Origin: an uncultured bacterium
Lineage (GTDB): Bacteria; Abyssobacteria; SURF-5
Assembly: GCA_964510165.1 (NCBI GenBank)
Contig: CAZEBC010000020.1
Location: forward strand, 1 to 13,568
DNA length: 13,568 nucleotides
Direction of reading: 5' to 3'
Each line of letters begins with the position of its first letter. Positions within the stretch are counted from its first letter, which is position 1. The translations under genes and the position numbers were made by a program. The notes below the pieces were generated by a model. That model worked only from the letters and a program-made list of their open reading frames with translations, was not told the origin of the DNA and ran no database searches. Positions 1 to 5,916 of this stretch are shown here, piece by piece.

Positions 1-156
1 GTCATGGAAGTCGGCGGTCTCATGTGTCATGCGGCCGTTGTCGCCAGAGAGATGGGAATACCGGCAGTGTTCGGGGTAAGCGACGCAACCCGCATCCTGA
101 CCGACAGCCAGCGCGTCACCGTGGACGGAACTCTCGGGACCGTAAAGCCCGGCTAG
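1..156 (+). CDS. 3' end of a PEP-utilising enzyme (phosphohistidine swivel domain at the C-terminus; PEP synthase/rifampin phosphotransferase-like), partial
   Basis: Frame 1 translates to VMEVGGLMCHAAVVAREMGIPAVFGVSDATRILTDSQRVTVDGTLGTVKPG* (TAG 154-156). GGxxxHxAxxARExGxPAV and VTVDG are PEP-utilizer mobile-domain signatures. Not in the ORF track. Confidence 0.9.
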   Translation, partial: VMEVGGLMCHAAVVAREMGIPAVFGVSDATRILTDSQRVTVDGTLGTVKPG

Positions 157-242
157 AGCAAACCTACGTTTAGGTTAAGCATCGGGAATCAGATAGCTGC
201 GAGATGGTTATTCGCATGAGACCCGGCCAGCCGGCATACATA

Positions 243-272
243 TTGTGCAGGTGACTGCTTATCATGTATACT
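243..272 (+). promoter_or_regulatory. Putative sigma70 promoter for the radical SAM gene
   Basis: TTGTGC (243-248), 18-nt spacer, TATACT (267-272). Confidence 0.4.
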
Positions 273-485
273 GACGGGGGTGAGACCCGAAAATAAAGGA
301 GGACTCCCCCACACGGGAAACTCTGATTTGGCGAAGGGCTGTCACGCTGAGGATAACAGAGGAAGTCGACCCCACACCTTCAGATTCTCCTGCCAAGGCC
401 CTCAGACGCCTGACGACGCACAGAGCGAACTCCCAAGAATTGGAGTTTCACATGTTACGGGCGGGTTCCATCGAAAAGGACTTCC

Positions 486-2024
486 ATGAATGTTTTTCTG
501 ATTAACATTCGGGATGACAATTTCTGTCAATTACTCCCTGACAAGCTGGCTCGACTGATGCCCGATGATACGCGAAGCAAGGTCATGGCCTTTCCCCCTC
601 TCGGCATTCAAACGCTTGCACCGATCGTGCGTCAGCATGGACATCAGGTGCGGATGTTCGACACGTGTCACCCCCGGATGAAAGCCGTCCACATTGCCCA
701 GGCAGTGAGAGAAGAGCACCCCGATGTCATAGCTCTATCCAGCCTCTCGGTCACCACGTATCCGGCCATTAAGCGCATTGCGGCCCAACTGAAAGCTGAA
801 GCGCCGGCTAGCCCGATAATCTTAGGTGGAATATTTGCTTCACTGAATGCGACTCACATCTTATCGGACTGCCCGCATGTAGACTGCGTGGGAGTCGGAG
901 AGGGCGAGGACCTCTTGCCGGATTACCTGGACAACCTTACTGATCCCGGCAGGGTAGCCGGCCTTGTTTGGCGCAACGGCGAGGAGATCGTTCAAAATAC
1001 TCCTCGTCCTCTTATCGAGGATTTGGACCGGTTCCCATACCCGGATCGGGCCAGCCTGCCGATTGATTACATCGAATCGCTGCCGCTTGACGTGCCTGCG
1101 GTTTTGACACTCGACAAATTCTCTACGATACAGACCTCGAGAGGCTGCCCGTACAATTGCATCTACTGCGATATCCCGGCCTTTTCCCATCGCAGGTGGC
1201 GCTGCCGCTCGCCTGAACATGTCTTGGGCGAATTGCAGGAGCTCAATGATGCGGGGTACCGCTCGGTCTATTTCACGGATGACCATTTCTTGGTGAATCG
1301 CGCGCGCATTCAGGAAATCTGCAATGGCATGATCAAACGCAAATTCGAATTGCGCTGGGGTTGCGAGGGACGCGTCGATTCGGTCGCGATCGACCAACTC
1401 CCCATCATGCGGCGCGCAAACTGCAATGCGCTGAGCTTCGGCATCGAGGCCGGCACCCAGAAAGTCCTCGACAGGCTCAATAAGAAACAAACCAAACAAC
1501 AGATAGAACATGCAATCACCGAAGCCAAGCGTCATGGGATTCCGAGAATCCACGGCTTTTTCCTGATCGGTTCGCCGGAGGAGACTGAACAGGACATCAT
1601 GGAAAGCTTTCGTTTTGCGGCCAGGTCGAGACTCGACACCTTCAATTTCAATCGTTTGTGCGTTTACCGGGGAACCCCCTTGTGGAAGGAATATGTCGAT
1701 CGCGGGATCATCGATGACGAGAGAGACTGGCATAAATGGTTCAAGTGTTCCGACATTGACCCGACTATCTTGCCCAGCGAGGCGCTGAACCGTATCCGTA
1801 TGAAGGGCTACGCGCTTCTCTTCGCGCGCCGAATCATCGGCAGACCGGTCCAAACCATTAAGCTCATCCGCGCATTCAGCCGAAACATGGAAATGTCCGA
1901 TATAATCAGGTTGGTGTCCAGCCCCTTCAGAAAACGGACTTTGTTCCGCAAGCCCGACCTGCCGGAAAAGATGACCCGTATCGGAATTGACCGGCCGGAA
2001 CGAGGTCACATTTCCATCCAATGA
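486..2024 (+). CDS. Cobalamin-binding radical SAM protein (class B methyltransferase-like)
   Basis: N-terminal B12-binding Rossmann domain (FPPLG..., PIILGG, VGEGE), TSRGCPYNCIYC CxxxCxxC cluster motif, FTDDHF, FGIEAG, GFFLIGSPEET, YRGTPL. RBS AAGGA upstream. Confidence 0.92.
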   Translation: MNVFLINIRDDNFCQLLPDKLARLMPDDTRSKVMAFPPLGIQTLAPIVRQHGHQVRMFDTCHPRMKAVHIAQAVREEHPDVIALSSLSVTTYPAIKRIAAQLKAEAPASPIILGGIFASLNATHILSDCPHVDCVGVGEGEDLLPDYLDNLTDPGRVAGLVWRNGEEIVQNTPRPLIEDLDRFPYPDRASLPIDYIESLPLDVPAVLTLDKFSTIQTSRGCPYNCIYCDIPAFSHRRWRCRSPEHVLGELQELNDAGYRSVYFTDDHFLVNRARIQEICNGMIKRKFELRWGCEGRVDSVAIDQLPIMRRANCNALSFGIEAGTQKVLDRLNKKQTKQQIEHAITEAKRHGIPRIHGFFLIGSPEETEQDIMESFRFAARSRLDTFNFNRLCVYRGTPLWKEYVDRGIIDDERDWHKWFKCSDIDPTILPSEALNRIRMKGYALLFARRIIGRPVQTIKLIRAFSRNMEMSDIIRLVSSPFRKRTLFRKPDLPEKMTRIGIDRPERGHISIQ

Positions 2025-2144
2025 TTTCAACACACCCCCGCTCTGTGTCGAGTTTCGGCAATCCGGCCAGGCAACCCGTCGCGCGCCGACTGGCTGAAGA
2101 AAAAATCGGCCAAGCAGGTCTTTTGATAGTATTATTTTGTTTTT

Positions 2145-2155
2145 TGTGATATACT
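2145..2155 (+). promoter_or_regulatory. Extended -10 promoter upstream of the receiver/rpoN block
   Basis: TGTGATATACT fits TRTGnTATAAT with one mismatch and is preceded by an AT-rich tract (2121-2145). Confidence 0.55.
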
Positions 2156-2180
2156 GAAAATTGAGAGAGCGATTGCCTTT

Positions 2181-2365
2181 CTGAACCCTTCCTTTCAGCC
2201 ATCCAACGCTTTCCGAAAGGAAACCGCCAAACTGATTATCCTGTGCCGGCATTGGCTCGGGCGCCGGGAAAGAGTGATAATCATGGTCGGACCGATAGCG
2301 CCGGTCGTCGAAGACTCTTTCGCAGCCGTTTACTCAGTCTGATGGTCGAAGCGCAGTTGGAGGAG
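2181..2365 (+). ncRNA. Candidate structured 5' leader / cis-regulatory RNA, family not recognised
   Basis: Stems CTGAA/TTCAG, TTTCC-GAAA-GGAAA, TGATTATC/GATAATCA enclosing CCGGC/GCCGG, GACCG/CGGTC, and TCCAAC/GTTGGA overlapping the SD sequence. Confidence 0.3.
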
Positions 2366-2374
2366 ATACCAGGC

Positions 2375-2794
2375 ATGCAATTCAAGGGCGGCATGAAAAG
2401 AATACTTATCGCTGACGACAACAGGGATTTCCTCAGCTTCACCCGGTCTCTTCTCGAAATCGCTGGATTCAGGGCCGAAACGGCAAAGGATGGTGAAGAG
2501 GCTCTGGGACAGATCAAGAGACTCAAATACGACTTGCTGGTTTTGGGCGTGCTCATGCCAAGAATCGATGGGATCAGACTATTGCAGATGGTCAGAAAGA
2601 GCAAAAAGTATGCAAGGGTCCCTGTGCTTTTCGTATCTGACCGTTCGGACGAAGGGGGACTGGAGAAGCGCCTGCGAGGAAAAGTTTCCAGAGCCGAAGG
2701 ACACATGCAGAAGCCATTCAAGAATCGAGCATTCTTGGAGACGGTCACGGTGCTCTTGGAGAACAAGGGCGCCAATGAGCTACAGCGTAAGTAG
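2375..2794 (+). CDS. Single-domain CheY-like response regulator, atypical (phosphoacceptor Asp replaced by Gly)
   Basis: GGAGGAG SD (2359-2365) before ATG 2375. KRILIADD, AKDGEEAL, YDLLVL-G-VLMPRIDG, PVLFVS and QKPF match the receiver fold. The ORF-track start at 2243 looks overextended. Confidence 0.88.
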   Translation: MQFKGGMKRILIADDNRDFLSFTRSLLEIAGFRAETAKDGEEALGQIKRLKYDLLVLGVLMPRIDGIRLLQMVRKSKKYARVPVLFVSDRSDEGGLEKRLRGKVSRAEGHMQKPFKNRAFLETVTVLLENKGANELQRK

Positions 2795-2832
2795 GCAAGA
2801 TTTCCTGCCGGAGCGTAAGAGGACGGAAAAGC

Positions 2833-3081
2833 ATGGCACAGTCTTTGGCGGTGCACACGACTCATTCTGTTGAATGCACGCATTGTGGAAAAGAGTTTGA
2901 CCTGCTCGCGGCCAGATGGTGCGGATGCGGCGTGCGAGTAGACCGTCCATCCAAATTGTGTTCCCGTTGTATGCGTTGTATCTGTCTCCATCCCGATTAC
3001 GACAATGAGGCGCTTTGGAACAATGCGCCACTGTATCTGAAAGAACATGGATTCGACAGGTTGTTTTACCTGTACCTCTAG
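2833..3081 (+). CDS. Small cysteine-rich protein, probably metal-binding
   Basis: 82 aa with CxxC, WCxC and CxxCxxCxC (8 Cys). AGAGGA RBS-like sequence upstream; co-oriented 38 bp after the receiver gene. Confidence 0.75.
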   Translation: MAQSLAVHTTHSVECTHCGKEFDLLAARWCGCGVRVDRPSKLCSRCMRCICLHPDYDNEALWNNAPLYLKEHGFDRLFYLYL

Positions 3082-3141
3082 TGGAAGCCCTCGAGACAAG
3101 TAAGACGGGCATTCGCCGTTCATTGATGCCGGGTTTGCGTT

Positions 3142-3678
3142 ATGAAGAACATTTTGAAATGGTTTTCTCGAAGGAATGAGAGAGCAAAGAACAAGAAAGC
3201 GAAAGAGACTGAGAAAGCGAAGAAAGAACAGTACGAGATAATGCCAAATTTTAGAAACAAATTTCTTCTGTTGCCACCCGTAATCAAGGCGGCGATAATT
3301 CCGGAAGATGCAACACCCCACAATACTCCCTCGGTTCAAGATTATGCTGCGGCCAAGAGCATTGCTGAAAAAGAAGCAAGAGCGGCGCATTCCAGCGATA
3401 GGGTGAAGGGTGTCTTTACGAGAATCCAGACTACCAAGAGTAGAAATTATGAGATTATCTGGCTCCTCCGAACAGACGAAGATGTTCCATATAAATCCAT
3501 AGGTGAGTTGATTGAGAGTTATAACGACGTGAAGGATCGCGACGCGTTCAGAGGAATGTCGGTTAATTACGTTTCTAATGGAAAACTATATGAGATTTCT
3601 CCCTTACACGAGCAGGACTTGGCCGGTCTTGCCAAGAAGCTTGAATCTGGAAAAAAGGCAGGGGATGAAGTTTCCTGA
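3142..3678 (+). CDS. Hypothetical protein
   Basis: 178-aa ORF filling the gap before rpoN, with a Lys/Glu-rich N-terminus and a globular-looking C-terminal half. No clear RBS, so the start is uncertain (alternative ATG 3241). Confidence 0.6.
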   Translation: MKNILKWFSRRNERAKNKKAKETEKAKKEQYEIMPNFRNKFLLLPPVIKAAIIPEDATPHNTPSVQDYAAAKSIAEKEARAAHSSDRVKGVFTRIQTTKSRNYEIIWLLRTDEDVPYKSIGELIESYNDVKDRDAFRGMSVNYVSNGKLYEISPLHEQDLAGLAKKLESGKKAGDEVS

Positions 3679-3757
3679 GCAACTGTCAGAACCCGCACGG
3701 TCAACCGGGGGAAGATGGAGAAGCCCAACCTTGCAGAGGCTGGGATAACGGACAATC

Positions 3758-5191
3758 ATGATGGAGTTTAGACAAACGCTTGTTCAGGGGTTGACGCAGC
3801 AGATGATAATCACGCCCCAGATGCAGCAAGCGCTTGAAATGCTTCAACTGTGCACATTTGAACTCGAGCACTATCTGGAACAGCAACTTGCCGAAAACCC
3901 TCTCCTCGAAGAAGTGCCCAGCCAGGACCAGGAGCCGGACGCGCTACCGACTGCCGAGGTGCAGGGAGATGCGGAGCCGGAAAACAACGAAAGCGAACGG
4001 AACATAGACGAAGAAATCGAATCCCTCATGGCGTCCTATGCCGATTACTCCTATGAGGGGCGCGATTTCAGCGTGTCCGATGAGGACGGCAAGAGAGGGT
4101 TCATCGAAAACACCGCCGCCGAACCGGAATCCATGTCACAAGATCTGATGGGACAGTTGTCTCTGAGCACGGAGAACGCCACTGATTACAGGATTGGCGA
4201 ATGGATCATCAGCGAGATAAATGAACGAGGCTATTTCTCTTCGTCTATCGAGGCAGGATCGCAGCATCTGAGCGTCGAGCCTGAAGAAATCGAACGAGTT
4301 CTCAAGATCATCCAGACGTTCGCTCCCATTGGCATAGGCGCGCGTGACCTGCGGGATTGTCTTCTGATTCAAATCGAGGCGTTACATAGGGACAAGCCTC
4401 TCTTGAAAAAGATCGTTCAAGATCATCTGGAGTTGCTCGCAAAGAAGCAATACCCTAAGATCGCGCGGATACTCAGGATATCCGTCCAGCAAGTTCAGGA
4501 ACTGGGCACAACCATTGCCTCCCTCGAGCCGATACCCGGTCGTTACTTCTCGGGTCGCGAAACCATCTATGTCACACCCGACGTCATCGTGAAGAAGGTG
4601 GACGGCGAGTATGTCGTTTATATGAACGACGACGGCCTGCCCAAGCTCCGCATCAGCGCATTCTATCGGAACCTCCTTAACAGTCCCAACGGCAACCCGA
4701 GGACGAAGGAATACATCAGAGATAAGCTCCGATCGGCGCGATGGCTGGTCAGGAACATACAGCAGCGCAAGGACACGATTCAGAATGTCGCGCAGAACAT
4801 TGTGGACGTCCAGAAAGAGTTCTTGGATAAGGGCATCGCTTATTTGAGACCGCTGATCCTCAAGGAAATAGCCGAACGGATAGGGATGCACGAATCCACG
4901 GTCAGCCGGGTCACGACCAACAAGTACATCGAGACCCCTCGTGGAATATTTCAGCTCAAGTACTTCTTCTCGTCCGGCATCGCGAGCTCACACGGTGAGG
5001 CGGCCTCGTCAAAGAGCGTCAAGGAAGTGATCCGGACACTTATCGAAAACGAAGACAAGCGCAACCCCTTGAGTGACCAGAAAACTGTTGCGCTTCTCTC
5101 TGGCAGAGGGTTCACAATCGCGCGTCGCACCGCCGCCAAGTATCGCGAGGAACTCGGTATCTTGCCATCGAAATACCGGCGCGAATATTAG
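3758..5191 (+). CDS. rpoN: RNA polymerase sigma-54 factor
   Basis: Region I (QQMIITPQMQQALEMLQL, ENPLLE), core-binding PIGIGARDLRDCLLIQ, HTH LILKEIAERIGMHESTVSR, TPRGIFQLKYFF, and RpoN box ARRTAAKYRE. Confidence 0.98.
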   Translation: MMEFRQTLVQGLTQQMIITPQMQQALEMLQLCTFELEHYLEQQLAENPLLEEVPSQDQEPDALPTAEVQGDAEPENNESERNIDEEIESLMASYADYSYEGRDFSVSDEDGKRGFIENTAAEPESMSQDLMGQLSLSTENATDYRIGEWIISEINERGYFSSSIEAGSQHLSVEPEEIERVLKIIQTFAPIGIGARDLRDCLLIQIEALHRDKPLLKKIVQDHLELLAKKQYPKIARILRISVQQVQELGTTIASLEPIPGRYFSGRETIYVTPDVIVKKVDGEYVVYMNDDGLPKLRISAFYRNLLNSPNGNPRTKEYIRDKLRSARWLVRNIQQRKDTIQNVAQNIVDVQKEFLDKGIAYLRPLILKEIAERIGMHESTVSRVTTNKYIETPRGIFQLKYFFSSGIASSHGEAASSKSVKEVIRTLIENEDKRNPLSDQKTVALLSGRGFTIARRTAAKYREELGILPSKYRREY

Positions 5192-5305
5192 GTCAATCGG
5201 TATCCGATCCCTCTCTTCAGGCTAGAAATCCATGTCAATCCAGGCCAAAACGGTGGTCGGCTGCAACTGAAGACTTGATGCTGTTCAGCTAACACGCACA
5301 CTTAC

Positions 5306-5327
5306 GTAGCGCAGGCATCCTGCCTGT
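5306..5327 (+). repeat. GTAG-type REP-like hairpin
   Basis: GTAG-C-GCAGGCA-TCC-TGCCTGT. Confidence 0.7.
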
Positions 5328-5347
5328 CTCCAATGGATGCGGTCTCA

Positions 5348-5369
5348 GAAGGGCGTGCAGGCCGCACGC
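5348..5369 (+). repeat. REP-like hairpin with degenerate tetranucleotide
   Basis: GAAG-G-GCGTGC-AGGCC-GCACGC. Confidence 0.45.
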
Positions 5370-5381
5370 GTCAGGCTCTTT

Positions 5382-5406
5382 GTAGGGGCAACCCCTGCGG
5401 TTGCCC
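5382..5406 (+). repeat. GTAG-type REP-like hairpin
   Basis: GTAG-GGGCAACC-CCTGC-GGTTGCCC, a perfect 8-bp stem. Confidence 0.8.
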
Positions 5407-5590
5407 TGTCGTGCGAGGGATAATATGAGTGATTTGGAGTGAAGTCCTTCAGTCAACGGCGATATACTCGGCAAATGAGGTGCACTCCGGAACCGGCAAA
5501 TTGTCCCCCAGCAATCCGCGGACATGCATTTCAACGCTCATGCATGTTTCGCTCGACCTCCTCTCGAGTGGCGCCGGTCGCCACACAGCC

Positions 5591-5617
5591 CGGCAAATCG
5601 GGCGAATAGGCCGAATA
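5591..5617 (+). repeat. Degenerate 9-mer tandem repeat
   Basis: CGGCAAATC GGGCGAATA GGCCGAATA. Confidence 0.5.
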
Positions 5618-5706
5618 TGCCATTTGCCCTCTCAATCACAATGAGGAAACGGCGCATCTATTTCAGCTCTTTCAATTTCGCTTGCTGACGTTGTCCCGCG
5701 ATTTGT

Positions 5707-5728
5707 GTAGGTGCGAATTCATTCGCAC
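5707..5728 (+). repeat. GTAG-type REP-like hairpin
   Basis: GTAG-GTGCGAAT-TC-ATTCGCAC. Confidence 0.8.
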
Positions 5729-5846
5729 AACTGCAGTTCATGCCAATTCCTCGTGCCTCCAATCCCGTATGAGCTTAGCAAAAACCGCAGCCGGATTCGA
5801 ATCCTCCTCCTGTAATTTTCCTTGCCACGCGCGTCCATCTCCTGCA

Positions 5847-5875
5847 ATCCGCGTTCATCCGCGTGCATCTGTGGT
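5847..5875 (+). repeat. 10-mer tandem repeat element ending in GTGGT
   Basis: ATCCGCGTTC ATCCGCGTGC ATCTGTGGT; GCGTCCATCT at 5831-5840 is in the same 10-bp register. Confidence 0.65.
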
Positions 5876-5916
5876 CTCCATTTTTCTTCTTTTCTCGGAT
5901 CTTGTCGTCCGTGGTT

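Noticed and set aside
280-489. 69-aa ORF upstream of the radical SAM gene
   Set aside because: GTG start without an RBS and no protein-like features; better explained as 5' UTR.
861-2252. 463-aa antisense ORF
   Set aside because: Shadow of the radical SAM gene on the opposite strand; no motifs.
2834-2849. TGGCACAGTCTTTGGC as a sigma-54 autoregulatory site
   Set aside because: The -12 position reads GG rather than GC (GG-N11-GC spacing) and it coincides with the first codons of a gene.
2281-3390. 369-aa antisense ORF
   Set aside because: Overlaps three better-supported plus-strand genes and has no recognisable domain.
3676-3740. GCAACTGT...GGGAAG...AAGCC resembling a cobalamin riboswitch
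   Set aside because: Too short, lacks the 5' AGGGAA stem and a full B12 box, and the 5' half would lie in coding sequence.
5793-5804. GGATTCGAATCC palindrome resembling a tRNA T-loop or integration-site remnant
   Set aside because: No cloverleaf, acceptor stem or CCA can be built around it.
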